Shown here: positions 28,350-39,878 of the stretch, one piece after another
Layout of the letters: the number at the start of each line of letters is the position of its first letter
Position numbering within the stretch: the first letter of the stretch is position 1
From: an uncultured virus (IMG/VR IMGVR_UViG_3300035034_001389)
Lineage: Duplodnaviria > Heunggongvirae > Uroviricota > Caudoviricetes
Strand: one strand, 5' to 3'
Virus record (IMG/VR): IMGVR_UViG_3300035034_001389
Length of the DNA: 64,000 nt
Translations under genes and position numbers: made by a program
Notes under the pieces: model-generated
Told to the model about the DNA's origin: nothing
The model's input: the letters and a program-made list of their open reading frames with translations, nothing else
Database searches by the model: none

Positions 28350-29177
28350 TTAATATTTACTATAGTTTATTTCTAAACACTCATTTAATACAATTTTAAG
28401 TTCATCATAATCTGCATACTCTGGTAATGTCATAGTTTCACTTATCTTCATAACATGCTTTATTTTCCTATCAGTATAGGATAGGAATTCATCCAACGTA
28501 AGTTTGGCTAACTTTATTGGATTTAATATTTCACTATTGACATCTATTTCAAGGTCATGATTTTTAATCACATACTCAGCCTGCAATAACATTCTAACAA
28601 TATGGTACGCACCCTTAACATCATACCCATATTTATCTACATTATCCTGACGTGAGGCTTGTACTTCTGTGAGTTTTTTATAATGTCCTCTAGCGAAACC
28701 AAGCATTTTATACACAGCATATTTAGATAAAAACAATTTACGATTATCGTAAAAGTGTTCACCTTCTTCCTCCATGTGTAAAATACACGATGGAGGTGTA
28801 AAGACCGTATCTATAATATTAGGATTACCTTTTAATGCAAGGTCTGCATATTTTACAAGACTATATAATGTCACATCATACTCAATACCATCATGTTTTA
28901 TGTGGTGAATAGAATAACTGTCAAATGTTGGTCTTGCTGGACCAAATCCAATTATATGACCTTCCAGATGTGGGAAAAACATTTCTCTTGGGCATATATA
29001 TATACCCTGAATATCTACATCAGAACCATCATTATCTACACCATAAGATGTTGAACCTGATATAACCTCAAATATCGGGTTAGTTGCGAATGCTGGTAAT
29101 TCTTTAGGGTTTTTATCTCTGTGATCAAAATTATCTAAAAGACCCAGCTCATCAAGCTTTTTTATTTTTGAAGTCAT
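28350..29177 (-). CDS. DNA polymerase beta superfamily nucleotidyltransferase (PF10127/RlaP-like)
   Basis: SGSTSYG...SDVDIQG, KGNPNIID, YDVKGAYHIVRML. Confidence 0.85.
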   Translation of the reverse strand: MTSKIKKLDELGLLDNFDHRDKNPKELPAFATNPIFEVISGSTSYGVDNDGSDVDIQGIYICPREMFFPHLEGHIIGFGPARPTFDSYSIHHIKHDGIEYDVTLYSLVKYADLALKGNPNIIDTVFTPPSCILHMEEEGEHFYDNRKLFLSKYAVYKMLGFARGHYKKLTEVQASRQDNVDKYGYDVKGAYHIVRMLLQAEYVIKNHDLEIDVNSEILNPIKLAKLTLDEFLSYTDRKIKHVMKISETMTLPEYADYDELKIVLNECLEINYSKY

Positions 29178-29217
29178 TATTTTCTCTTATATGTGAATTA
29201 TCATTGATTGTATATGA

Positions 29218-29225
29218 TATAAATA
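29218..29225 (+). promoter_or_regulatory. T4-type late promoter
   Basis: TATAAATA upstream of ATG 29249. Confidence 0.7.
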
Positions 29226-29248
29226 TAGTATATCAGGAATATATATAA

Positions 29249-30415
29249 ATGTCAATTTTAAAAGATAACATAGGTGTGGGTCTTAAAGGTCATGTTAAGA
29301 TAATAGATGAATCTACTGGTAAGGTATTACTGGATCAGGATAATGCAATTCATCCACAAAATATGACCAGAATCATAGCACGTAAATTAGCCAATGAAAG
29401 CAATTCCTTTTTCTATCGCATTGCATTTGGTAATGGTGGTACATTTGTTGATGCTGGTTCTAATGTAACAACACGTAGACCGAATGATGGTAGTAATGGT
29501 GCTGGTTGGGAAGCTAGATTATACCGGGAAATATACTCTGAAATAATTGATGATAGTAGCCCCAATTTTGGCATTGACCCCGGTTCTGCTGGACCTGATA
29601 ATGTTAGAGTTGGTGGAAAATCATCACCATTAGGTGACGCTACAGGTTTAGGTGTATTTTCTGAAGAGAATGCCATAGATTCTAGTGTCGTTGTTAATAT
29701 GAATATAAACGAATCGGAGCCAATCGGACTAGAACCATTTATTTTTGATGAAATTGGAATATATAGCGAGGGTCTACAGGCAATCAATACGTCAGGTGTG
29801 GCATCTATTGATGTTGGCTCTAAAGTGTCTACAGATATCATATCCCCACCACTAGCAGCATCTACTAGCTACGTTGTCCGTGTTGACATAGATGGTACTG
29901 AGCGTGATGTTGAAATAACAACCCCAGCATCAGGTTCTGGTAGTGCAGGTGCGTTCACATATGGTGACTTTTGTGAAGCTATGAACACTGGATCATGGGA
30001 TGACGGTGGTACACCTTTTAGTTTCACAGATAACCTTGGAGCTTTCTTTCTTATAACCGATACCACTGGTGGGCAATATCCATCTATAAGTGGACAAGAC
30101 TCTGGTGGATTACTAACAATACAGAGTAAATCGAACAGTATAGGCTCATCCATATCATTCCCTAATTCACCAAGTGATATTACCATTGGCGGATCACCTA
30201 ACATAGTATATTTATTGGCAAATAGTTTGTGGGCCAAAACTAATGTACAGCAGTTAAATGGTCAAAATGCAGGTGTTATCAATAGTGATAATGATCTATT
30301 GGAGCGAGAAAGACTACTTACCCACATTATTTTCTCTCCCATAACCAAATCCACATCAAGTATTATACGAATAGTATACACCGTTACAGTATCCACACTT
30401 GATTGCATTGAATAA
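29249..30415 (+). CDS. Virion structural protein (baseplate/fibre-associated)
   Basis: GHVKIID...NAIH, IAFGNGG, FDEIGIY, LLTHIIFSPITK...IVYT motifs seen in large-myovirus structural proteins. Confidence 0.65.
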   Translation: MSILKDNIGVGLKGHVKIIDESTGKVLLDQDNAIHPQNMTRIIARKLANESNSFFYRIAFGNGGTFVDAGSNVTTRRPNDGSNGAGWEARLYREIYSEIIDDSSPNFGIDPGSAGPDNVRVGGKSSPLGDATGLGVFSEENAIDSSVVVNMNINESEPIGLEPFIFDEIGIYSEGLQAINTSGVASIDVGSKVSTDIISPPLAASTSYVVRVDIDGTERDVEITTPASGSGSAGAFTYGDFCEAMNTGSWDDGGTPFSFTDNLGAFFLITDTTGGQYPSISGQDSGGLLTIQSKSNSIGSSISFPNSPSDITIGGSPNIVYLLANSLWAKTNVQQLNGQNAGVINSDNDLLERERLLTHIIFSPITKSTSSIIRIVYTVTVSTLDCIE

Positions 30416-30512
30416 AATTAATACATAGTATCATTTAATTTAAAATATATTCAATATCTTATTGGCAGCACATTCGATAAATATTGTTTATACAATAGAT
30501 TTGGCAAATTAA

Positions 30513-33500
30513 ATGAACCTAAGAGAATTATTCAGAAATATCAAGACTAAAGAGTTGGAAATTGGCAATCCTGATGGAAAAGTGATATGCCCATATACTC
30601 ATGTCCAAACTGATCCACTAATTGAGTGGAACGTTAACCATTCTAATAATTCACTTTTACTTGCCGTTCAGGTATATGTTGATGATATATTGGTAGAACC
30701 TGATGCGATAGTAATTGACACGCTAAATAGATTCACTGTAAAGTTTCTTGAACCAACTGTAGGTAGGGTTAACTTCGTCATTTTGCGTACAGATAATGGT
30801 GAATGTGGTGATATTGTGGTTACACCGACACCAACCGCCACAGTGACACCAACATTGACACCAACTACCACAGTGACACCAACTATTACACCATCTGTAA
30901 CGGTTTCACCAACTATTACGCCAACTGTAACCGCAACAACTGATTTAACACCTACAGTAACAGTAACTCCAACTGCCACACCTATTGGTTCAGCAACACC
31001 AACACCAACAGCTCCGGTAACACCATCTATTACACCAACTAATAGTATCACACCTACACCATCTTTTACACCGGGGCCATCGTTCGGTGCTACACCTACA
31101 CCAACGGCCACTGCAACAGCAACACCTACAGCAACACCAACACCAACGGCCACTGCAACAGCAACACCTACAGCAACACCAACACCTACTGTAACAGTAA
31201 CACCATCACCATCACCATCACCATCTGACGTATCAGCACTTATATTAGACGAGGCAATAGTGCGATATAATTTTGGAGCTTCAGAGTTTACTGGACTAAT
31301 TGCCGATGGTATTAATAATATTTCAGTTGGTACAGTTGATCCATATGTGATATTCACAAGTGGTGGCATATCAACTCCAAATTCAGTAGCCTCAGATTTA
31401 ACAACCGTAATGGATGTACGTGCGTATGTAAGAAAAACTGATTATAATGCAGGTATGGTTACAGAAATTATAGCATCAAAGTGGAATGTGGTTAGTAATC
31501 AACGTGGATTTGCATTCGGTTTCAAAAATGATAAGTTAGTATTATCTATATCTGATAATGGTTCAACCATTGAAGAACAATTATCAGCCGATGTTCTACC
31601 ATATGCTAATAATACATGGAAATGGTTACGTTTTACATACGACGGTACAGTATCTGAACTAAAATTTTATGATTCAGATGATGGCACAAATTGGAATCAA
31701 ATAGGTACTACCATATCAACAACAGCTACCACGGCATTTAGTAATACTTCTGATTTGTATGTGGGTGATGTAAGTTCAAATACTGAAACGTTAGATGGGG
31801 CTATACAAAGAGTAGAATTTCATGATACTATAGATGGCATTACACCGGATGTACTTTTTGATGCAACTGAAAGAGTTTCGGGTAATTCATGGCTTTCATC
31901 AATAGGTGAAACATGGACACGGGACATAGATTCCACATTCTTTGTAGATTCCACACCTAAACACCACGTATATTTACCAAGTGGGTCAGGAAATTCTGTA
32001 GGCACAACGGCATATTCACCAAGTGGTGATTTAGACCTACAAATTGAGGTTGCTCCTGATAGTTGGGACACTGCTTCTACACAAACTTTAATCGCCAGAT
32101 ATGACACTGACACTGACACTAGGGCGTTCGAATTTTCAATCGATGGTACTGCGAGTAATGGACTTAATCTGAATGTTTCCGATGATGGTACGTCACAAGA
32201 AGCTTTATATTCTGGGTCAATATTACCATTTGTTTCTGGTCAGCGAATATGGCTAAGAGCAACATACAACACATCAACCACTACAGCTAACTTCTATTAC
32301 TCAGACGATAATCGCACCACATGGCAATCACTAGGTACCGATTCAGGTACAATAGCAAGTATATTCAGCACTGCGAACCCATTATACATTGGAGCATCAA
32401 ATGATGGTACCACAAACACTTGGTCAGGTAAAGTATATCGTGCGGTAATATATGAAACTGTAGATGGAATCACACCCGTAAAAGACTTTAATCCATCAAA
32501 TAAGACGTTATTCTCTGATACTGATTGGTTGGCACCAACAGGTGAAACATGGACACCAGAAGGAACCTCAATAATTAGAGAGGAATTTGACCTAGATACC
32601 ACACTAGATACAAATGATAACATGATACTTCCACCGGGAACGCTATACTTAAATGGCAATTCTGGAACTTATGGTGAAAGTATAGATGTTGATATAATTG
32701 CAGACTTAACCTTAATTGCATATGTATCCCTAGATGATGTAACACCAGCATCCACATCCACAATAATATCAAAGTATGTTGTCGCAGGTGACAATAGGGC
32801 ATTTAATTTCAATGTTGACAGCAGTGGAAATCTTAGCATTTTAATATCGAGTGATGGTACTGCTGCTAACACTGATACTATAACGTCATCAGTAATTCTT
32901 CCTGCCACAGCAGGGGTCTTATTATGGGTGAGGGCATCATTTGATGCTACCAATCAGGAAGTAACCTTTTTCACATCAACTGACCCTAGTAATATACAGA
33001 TGGGTAGCATGACTTGGACTGAACTTGGGGTAGCACAGGCTACTACAGTATCATCAATAAACACAAACTCAATTAATATAGAATTAGGTTCCTCTGAACT
33101 TGGTACATCTAACATGTGGACTGGTACTATATCAAAAGTGTATGCAATTAATAGCATAAACCCATTGGATGACGCCATAATAACATTTGATGCAACTGAA
33201 TATGTAGATTCAAATACATTATCATCTCCAAATACATTTATATCTCATGGTACACAATGGTCATTATTTGGAGATTATGTCATTCAAAATAGTAAATATA
33301 ACTCAATATTCACCTTCGGTGATGGTGGATTTGAAACATCTATATCAGATAACCTTAGCCCACCATTTACAATAATGTTTAATGCTAAATTCACTGACAT
33401 ATCACCATCAGCAGACCAGATAATTTTCGATTCTAGATCATCTGCAACTAATTTTATCAAAATATTTACCGACTTTTCTAACAGTAACAATATAACTCTT

Positions 33501-36338
33501 GAGACTAATGCTGGTGCTGTAGTAATACCTGAATCTTACCATAATAGTTATAGGGTGCATAAAATACAGGTTAATTCTTCCGGTGTTATTTACACTATAA
33601 GTGGTATTGGAACAATATCACAAGATAGTATAATTGGTTTAGTTGAATTTGTAACGCTATTATCTGATCGTAGTGCCGGTGATAATGGGTCTATGATGTT
33701 TGGTGATGTCTTGATATGGGACGGTATATTAAATGTATCAGACACTAATACTGCATATGAATATTTAATTAGTCAGACAGTATCACCATTCGATAAATCG
33801 GTAGTACATTATAAATCTGAAAACGTGCAATACTCGAATGAAAGTATAGTTGGTATTAAAAATTCAGCTACTGGCTTAGGAATACCATATGCTAGATATG
33901 ATGGAACATCTGGCAACCATTTATCCACCCCTGATTCTACAAGCGTTTCATTGAATAGTGATTTCGATATTAGAATTTGGTTACAATGTGATGATTGGGC
34001 CACTTCAACTACACGGACATTAATATCAAAATATGATGCAACTGGTTCTGATAGATCATATATATTTTATATTGATAATTCAAATAATTTAGCATTAACT
34101 ATAAGTGATGATGGTGCGTTTGATGCTGGCAATGATGTTTCATCAGGTACAGTAATATCATATGCCAATGGGACTCCGAAATGGGTGAGAGTAACATATG
34201 ATTCAAGTGTTCCAGAAGTCCAGTTTCATGATTCTGATGATGGTGAAACATGGGACACGGTAGGCACTGCACAGTCAGTACTTGCAACATCAATACATGA
34301 TAGTACTATAACATTAGAAGTTGGTTCAGGTGAGTCGGGTACATTAGATGTTTTATCTGGGGCTAACGTATTTAAGGCATTAATATATGATGTGGCAGAC
34401 AATAATAGCTTAGTTGCAAACATGGACATAGGTGAAAGGCGATTTGGGAATACGTGGACATCACAATTAACAGGTGAAACATGGACTAGAAATAATGAAT
34501 TAGTTATACAGAATGGGAAGTCACAAACATACGGTCTTCTTACTGGCGCGAGTGGTGATTATATATTCGCTGACGATAGTGCAACAAATTCGTTAACTGG
34601 TGATATTGATATTCGAATTAATTTGGCACTAGATGAATATGATAGCGGTGTAGCCCAAGCATTAGCTGGTAAATATAATTCATCAACTGATAATCGTGGG
34701 TTTTTATTCTTAATTAATGCTGATAATGAACTAGAACTAATTATTAGTGATGATGGCATTTTCTCTGCCAGTGACCTTGCAAATACTGGTGTTTCACTAT
34801 CATCATTCCCAGATTCATCGAATGTATGGTTTCGTGTAACATATGATGCATCAACTTCAGATGTTATTTTTTATTGGTCTGACGATGGTATTGTTTGGAA
34901 CCAAATGGGAACCACTCAAACAATAACAGCAACGTCTATATTTGATAGTGCGGCTGATTTTGAAATTGGTACTAATACAGCAGGAACATTAGACCCCGCA
35001 AGTGGGCGTTTTTATAGGGTGGAATTATATGATACTATTGATGGTACCACACCTGTTTCAGTTTTTGATCCTATTGAGAATATTACAATAGGCAGTACAA
35101 CTTGGACAAGTATAATAAATGCTGAAATTTGGAATATTTCTGGTAATTCATTAGTTAGAACTGAATATGATTTGGATACTGTAAATGGTACAGATACATC
35201 AATTAAGAGGTTAGACGAAGGTGATGTTTATCTTGATGGTACTACAAATTCATATATAACTGGTCCAACCGATTCAATAACTACAGATTTATCGGTAATT
35301 GCATATGTTGAACCCAATGATTGGACTGTTATAGGCACAATATTATCTAAATGGGTAACTGGAACCGATAACAGATCACACACATTTGCAATTAAACCTA
35401 CTGGTACATTGGAAGTTTCACTTAGTGATGATGGTACAGCAGTTGTTACTTCTACTTCTACAACTACTGTAGGATTTGACGATGGACATGGTGCATGGGT
35501 TAGATACACATTCGATAACACTCTTGATGAAGTATCATTTTATACATCAACTGAATCACCACTCACCGCAATAGATGATATTACATGGACACAATTGGGA
35601 ACCACCGTATCATCGGTACTGACTGGAATTCATGCGTCAACTGAAACTATTGAAATTGGATCAATTAACTCTGGATCAGATTTATTCGTAGGTAATATTA
35701 GACGTGTTGCTACCATTGCAAGCACTGACCCAACAGTAGTACCAGAAAATGATTTTGATGGTAGAAATTACATTAAAAATGGCACCTCAATAACAAGTGG
35801 TGGTGACGTATATTCATTTGCTGATGATATAATTGTTCATAAGACTGGATCAAATTTATTATTTGCCAATGGTTCATCACTAGAGACATCAATAGGTGAA
35901 CTCATAAATAGTTCATTCACGGTTATGGTAGCAGCTAGATTTACAAAAATAACCCCAACCGCCGACCAATTCTTACTAGATTCTAGAGACTCTGCACCAA
36001 ATAAACTGTCAATATATAGTGACTTTTCAGACAGTAATAACTTCACAATTGAGACTACTGACGGTGGTGCACAATCTATAGCAGCATCTTATGATGATGA
36101 TTGGCATATACATATCATAGAACAAACACCAACTTCTCTTAATTATGAGATACCCGGAGTAGGATCAGCAACCACAATAACATCACCCACTTTATGGGAA
36201 TTAATTACATTATTTGGATCAAGGGGTGCCTCTAATTCACCTATACTATTCGGTGAATTTGTATTATGGGATAGAATATTGACAGAAGAGGAACGCAAGC
36301 AAGCAATTGAAGACCTTAGAGATAAATATGAGTTATAA
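30513..36338 (+). CDS. Large fibre/adhesin-like protein: docking domain, mucin-like tract, multiple LamG/concanavalin-A-like modules
   Basis: Six repeats with IxSKW/Y...WxRxTYD...FYxSDDGxxWxQxG...IEIG; Thr/Pro tract at ~30820-31225. Confidence 0.7.
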   Translation: MNLRELFRNIKTKELEIGNPDGKVICPYTHVQTDPLIEWNVNHSNNSLLLAVQVYVDDILVEPDAIVIDTLNRFTVKFLEPTVGRVNFVILRTDNGECGDIVVTPTPTATVTPTLTPTTTVTPTITPSVTVSPTITPTVTATTDLTPTVTVTPTATPIGSATPTPTAPVTPSITPTNSITPTPSFTPGPSFGATPTPTATATATPTATPTPTATATATPTATPTPTVTVTPSPSPSPSDVSALILDEAIVRYNFGASEFTGLIADGINNISVGTVDPYVIFTSGGISTPNSVASDLTTVMDVRAYVRKTDYNAGMVTEIIASKWNVVSNQRGFAFGFKNDKLVLSISDNGSTIEEQLSADVLPYANNTWKWLRFTYDGTVSELKFYDSDDGTNWNQIGTTISTTATTAFSNTSDLYVGDVSSNTETLDGAIQRVEFHDTIDGITPDVLFDATERVSGNSWLSSIGETWTRDIDSTFFVDSTPKHHVYLPSGSGNSVGTTAYSPSGDLDLQIEVAPDSWDTASTQTLIARYDTDTDTRAFEFSIDGTASNGLNLNVSDDGTSQEALYSGSILPFVSGQRIWLRATYNTSTTTANFYYSDDNRTTWQSLGTDSGTIASIFSTANPLYIGASNDGTTNTWSGKVYRAVIYETVDGITPVKDFNPSNKTLFSDTDWLAPTGETWTPEGTSIIREEFDLDTTLDTNDNMILPPGTLYLNGNSGTYGESIDVDIIADLTLIAYVSLDDVTPASTSTIISKYVVAGDNRAFNFNVDSSGNLSILISSDGTAANTDTITSSVILPATAGVLLWVRASFDATNQEVTFFTSTDPSNIQMGSMTWTELGVAQATTVSSINTNSINIELGSSELGTSNMWTGTISKVYAINSINPLDDAIITFDATEYVDSNTLSSPNTFISHGTQWSLFGDYVIQNSKYNSIFTFGDGGFETSISDNLSPPFTIMFNAKFTDISPSADQIIFDSRSSATNFIKIFTDFSNSNNITLETNAGAVVIPESYHNSYRVHKIQVNSSGVIYTISGIGTISQDSIIGLVEFVTLLSDRSAGDNGSMMFGDVLIWDGILNVSDTNTAYEYLISQTVSPFDKSVVHYKSENVQYSNESIVGIKNSATGLGIPYARYDGTSGNHLSTPDSTSVSLNSDFDIRIWLQCDDWATSTTRTLISKYDATGSDRSYIFYIDNSNNLALTISDDGAFDAGNDVSSGTVISYANGTPKWVRVTYDSSVPEVQFHDSDDGETWDTVGTAQSVLATSIHDSTITLEVGSGESGTLDVLSGANVFKALIYDVADNNSLVANMDIGERRFGNTWTSQLTGETWTRNNELVIQNGKSQTYGLLTGASGDYIFADDSATNSLTGDIDIRINLALDEYDSGVAQALAGKYNSSTDNRGFLFLINADNELELIISDDGIFSASDLANTGVSLSSFPDSSNVWFRVTYDASTSDVIFYWSDDGIVWNQMGTTQTITATSIFDSAADFEIGTNTAGTLDPASGRFYRVELYDTIDGTTPVSVFDPIENITIGSTTWTSIINAEIWNISGNSLVRTEYDLDTVNGTDTSIKRLDEGDVYLDGTTNSYITGPTDSITTDLSVIAYVEPNDWTVIGTILSKWVTGTDNRSHTFAIKPTGTLEVSLSDDGTAVVTSTSTTTVGFDDGHGAWVRYTFDNTLDEVSFYTSTESPLTAIDDITWTQLGTTVSSVLTGIHASTETIEIGSINSGSDLFVGNIRRVATIASTDPTVVPENDFDGRNYIKNGTSITSGGDVYSFADDIIVHKTGSNLLFANGSSLETSIGELINSSFTVMVAARFTKITPTADQFLLDSRDSAPNKLSIYSDFSDSNNFTIETTDGGAQSIAASYDDDWHIHIIEQTPTSLNYEIPGVGSATTITSPTLWELITLFGSRGASNSPILFGEFVLWDRILTEEERKQAIEDLRDKYEL
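30820..31225 (+). repeat. Mucin-like TPT(V/A/I) coding tract
   Basis: About 135 aa almost entirely T/P/V/A/S/I. Confidence 0.9.
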
Positions 36339-36347
36339 GGTATTATT

Positions 36348-39300
36348 ATGGTAGAAAGAAGATATAATGATTCATATAGAGTATTATATGATAAAGACTC
36401 TGGTGAATATATTGCTGGTAATGATTTAGTTGTCGATGGCTTAGTAAGCATCGAACTATACAATATAAAGACTGCTTCAAAAAATTGGAAGTTGCGATTA
36501 CCTGTTGCTGCGGAAGTCATGTTTGTTTATGTTTATGAAATTAATGATGATGAAACATTTAGTATGGTCGTACCAGATAGTATAATAATATCATCAGAGA
36601 TTGAAGTTAATGTATCATTTACTGATGAAGTGCGTGGTATAGCGTCGGTTCTGTATGTAGGTGCTTCTACAGTTGAAATTAATGTAATTTCTCCAACACC
36701 AACACCAGCAGCAACCGCAACCCCAACACCAACACAAACCGTTACACCTACAGTATCAGTATCACCAACACCAGCAGTAACGGTTACACCAACTATATCA
36801 CCATCAGCGAATGTTACACCAACACCAACTATTGCACCTACAGTAACACCAACGGCAACACCCGAACTAACAGTATCACCGACCGTAACAGTAACGCCAA
36901 CGGCAACACCACTCGGAACACCGGACGTTACCGTATCACCAACAGTATCACCGACCGTAACAGTAACACCAACAGTAACACCAACGGTTACAGCTACTAC
37001 ATCCGTAACACCTACAGTAACACCAACAGTTACCGTATCACCAACAGTTACTGCAACACCCGAACTAACAGTATCACCTACAGTAACACCAACGGCTACA
37101 GTAACACCAACGGTTACAGTATCACCAACGGTTACAGTATCACCGACCGTAACAGTAACACCAACTATAACACCGACTGTAACCGCTACTCCATCAGTAA
37201 CGCCAACTATAACACCAACATTAACACCAACTATGACAGTAACACCAACGGTAACCACATCACCAGAGGCCGAACCAGTTGAAACAATTATTAACAACTC
37301 GCTAGCATTGTATAGTGCTGGAACTATGAATATCACTAGTGGTAGTGTAACTAGTATAATAAATGAAAAAGAAGAAGGTGGCAATAAATATATACAATTT
37401 GGTGGAAGTGGTTATATGTCTTCTCCTGACAGTATATTAAATTCCAATACAGGTGATTTAGATATACGTGTGTTTTGTGGTGACATTGAATGGGATTCCA
37501 CATCTGGTGCTGCTTTGGTCGGTAAATATGAGTCCGGTGAAAAAAGTTGGGCATTCTATATAGGTACTGGCCAAAATATGTTCCTTATTTTAAGTGAAGA
37601 TGGAACAACTGAAGCTGATACCATTTCAAACGGTGTTTCATTATCTGATATCCCAGATGGTTCATGGAAATGGTTGCGGGTGACATTTAATTCTGTAACA
37701 GGCGATATACAATTCTACATATCAGATGATGGTGATAATTGGGACACGAGTGGTACAGTTAAGAGTACCACAGTCACAACACTATTTGACTCAAGTGGTG
37801 CTGTGGAAATAGGATCAATAGCATCAGGTACCGGACTATTTAATGATGAGGGGTTATTCACTACTATTGAAGTTTATGATACTATTGATGGAATATCACC
37901 TACCATTCACTACGATGCCAATGATCACACAACAGGCAACACATTTGTTTCCTCAGTAACGGGTGAAACTTGGAGTAAAAATGGTATTAATGGAATGTCA
38001 TTCCAGAATCAATATATTAATAGGTATGGTGAATTTGCCGGTGGTATTGGTGGAGGCTCTAGAATATATGCCGATGATAGTGCAGCAAATTCACTAACAG
38101 GTGATATTGACTGTAGGGTATTACTAAGTTCTGATGGTTCTTGGAATAATTCAACTGCACGAGTTTTTGCTGCAAAATATAATAGTTCTGCTGGCCAGCT
38201 TTCATGGCTATTTCAGAAAATATCCGGTGGTCTTTTTCGAGTTCTTCTGAGTTCAGATAATTCAGCAGTATCGGTTGTACCAAGTGATGTTGCTGTCGGA
38301 TTCCCAGATGATAGTACTGTATGGGTTAGATTCACATATGATTCATTCGCTGGTGATATTAATTTCTATTGGTCTGACGCGACAGATGGTACAGTATGGC
38401 AACAATTAGGAACCACTCAAACTATAACACCAATGGGAATATTCGATAGTACCGCAGAATTTAGTCTAGGTGCAAATAACGATGGCAATAGTAATAGATT
38501 CCAAGGTAATATTTACCGTGCTGAACTATACGACACTATTGATGGCATCACACCTGTTTCAGTTTTTGATCCAAGTGAAGATACCACACTATCTGGAAGT
38601 AGTTGGACTAGCGCAACTAACAGTGAAACTTGGAATGTTGGTGGTGATGTTGAACTGAGAAGTGACTATACATTAAATGTAATTAATGGTACAGCGTCTA
38701 ACTTATCTAAGGTATCTAAGGGTGATATAGTTTTCTCATCATCATATATTGTAGGCCCAACGACCGGGTTATCATCTGGAGATTTGACCACTATAGCACA
38801 CATCAAGAAGGAAAATTGGGATAGGAGTGAGGCAATTGTATCTAAATGGAATTCTAGTGCATTTGATAATTTTAAATCATTCGCATTTAGATTTGATTCA
38901 GATAGCCTAGTTCTGGATATATCACCAGATGGAAGCAGTGAAGTTACCGCAACCTCAACTATTGCAACCTCATTCGGTACAAATGATTCTGCTTGGGTTA
39001 GAGCAACTTTTAATGATACTACTGATGAGGTATCATTCTTTACTTCCACCGATCCTGAAAATACTGCATTGGAAAGTATATCATGGTCAGCATTAGGAAC
39101 TACAGTTTCATTAGTTTCTGCTGGTATAAACACCAGTGCACAGGAAATTATTATAGGTTCTAAGAGAGGGGGCGATGATCTAACATATAATCTAACCTCA
39201 ACATCAGTAATGAGACACATTGCGGTTATTGATGATACCGATCCAACAACCACACCTATAATGCAATTAGATGGTTCAGATTATGTTTCAGGAACTACAA

Positions 39301-39854
39301 TAACAAGTAACAGTGACACGTACACATATTCATCAAAAACATGGTCAATTGGTACAGTAAATGATGTCATCCGTAGCAAAGGTTCTGGCAGTTTAGAAAC
39401 TTCAAGGGCTAAAACAATAGACACCCCAACAACAATAATTCTTATGGTTAAATGTATTAATCCAACACCAACTGAAAATATAGATATATTTGATTCTAGA
39501 AGCAGTACAGGCACTGATCGTATTGGACTACACACACTAAATGGTACCGATGATGATTTTTCAGTACAATTGGGTGGTGCTTCAGCAACTATAACAGGAT
39601 CATATAATACCGATTGGAACATCCACATTATAGAATATAGTGACACTGGCGTATATTATGAAATTTCTGGTGGAGGAAACGCATCAGCATCATATTCAAG
39701 TGCAACACCATTCGACGCTCTTACGTTATTTGGTAGTGCAACCCCAAGTAGTGATGATGAAATTGCATTTGGTGAAATGATAATTTACAGTAGACATTTA
39801 AACAGCTCTGAAAAGACCGCTATAATAGATGACTTAACTACTAAATATGCATAA
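36348..39854 (+). CDS. Paralogous fibre/adhesin-like protein: docking domain, mucin-like tract, three LamG-like modules
   Basis: Same repeat motifs as 30513..36338; DNA-level similarity, e.g. 35028-35071 vs 38529-38572. Confidence 0.7.
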   Translation: MVERRYNDSYRVLYDKDSGEYIAGNDLVVDGLVSIELYNIKTASKNWKLRLPVAAEVMFVYVYEINDDETFSMVVPDSIIISSEIEVNVSFTDEVRGIASVLYVGASTVEINVISPTPTPAATATPTPTQTVTPTVSVSPTPAVTVTPTISPSANVTPTPTIAPTVTPTATPELTVSPTVTVTPTATPLGTPDVTVSPTVSPTVTVTPTVTPTVTATTSVTPTVTPTVTVSPTVTATPELTVSPTVTPTATVTPTVTVSPTVTVSPTVTVTPTITPTVTATPSVTPTITPTLTPTMTVTPTVTTSPEAEPVETIINNSLALYSAGTMNITSGSVTSIINEKEEGGNKYIQFGGSGYMSSPDSILNSNTGDLDIRVFCGDIEWDSTSGAALVGKYESGEKSWAFYIGTGQNMFLILSEDGTTEADTISNGVSLSDIPDGSWKWLRVTFNSVTGDIQFYISDDGDNWDTSGTVKSTTVTTLFDSSGAVEIGSIASGTGLFNDEGLFTTIEVYDTIDGISPTIHYDANDHTTGNTFVSSVTGETWSKNGINGMSFQNQYINRYGEFAGGIGGGSRIYADDSAANSLTGDIDCRVLLSSDGSWNNSTARVFAAKYNSSAGQLSWLFQKISGGLFRVLLSSDNSAVSVVPSDVAVGFPDDSTVWVRFTYDSFAGDINFYWSDATDGTVWQQLGTTQTITPMGIFDSTAEFSLGANNDGNSNRFQGNIYRAELYDTIDGITPVSVFDPSEDTTLSGSSWTSATNSETWNVGGDVELRSDYTLNVINGTASNLSKVSKGDIVFSSSYIVGPTTGLSSGDLTTIAHIKKENWDRSEAIVSKWNSSAFDNFKSFAFRFDSDSLVLDISPDGSSEVTATSTIATSFGTNDSAWVRATFNDTTDEVSFFTSTDPENTALESISWSALGTTVSLVSAGINTSAQEIIIGSKRGGDDLTYNLTSTSVMRHIAVIDDTDPTTTPIMQLDGSDYVSGTTITSNSDTYTYSSKTWSIGTVNDVIRSKGSGSLETSRAKTIDTPTTIILMVKCINPTPTENIDIFDSRSSTGTDRIGLHTLNGTDDDFSVQLGGASATITGSYNTDWNIHIIEYSDTGVYYEISGGGNASASYSSATPFDALTLFGSATPSSDDEIAFGEMIIYSRHLNSSEKTAIIDDLTTKYA
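36690..37265 (+). repeat. Mucin-like (PTVT)/(SPTVTV) coding tract, the longest in the window
   Basis: About 190 aa of TPTVTVSPTVTV-type repeats. Confidence 0.9.
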
Positions 39855-39865
39855 TATGATATTTA

Positions 39866-39873
39866 TATAAATA
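39866..39873 (+). promoter_or_regulatory. T4-type late promoter
   Basis: TATAAATA, 5 nt before ATG 39879. Confidence 0.7.
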
Positions 39874-39878
39874 ATAAT

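Noticed and set aside
36690..37265. CRISPR array or non-coding tandem repeat
   Set aside because: The repeats are degenerate, in-frame and coding, with no constant repeat plus unique spacer structure.
20000..37384. Long minus-strand Val/Gly-rich ORFs (20000..20647, 25353..25556, 30668..31369, 36533..37384)
   Set aside because: They are antisense shadows of the ACN/CCN-rich Thr/Pro tracts, which lack stops on the reverse strand; no SD or promoter support.
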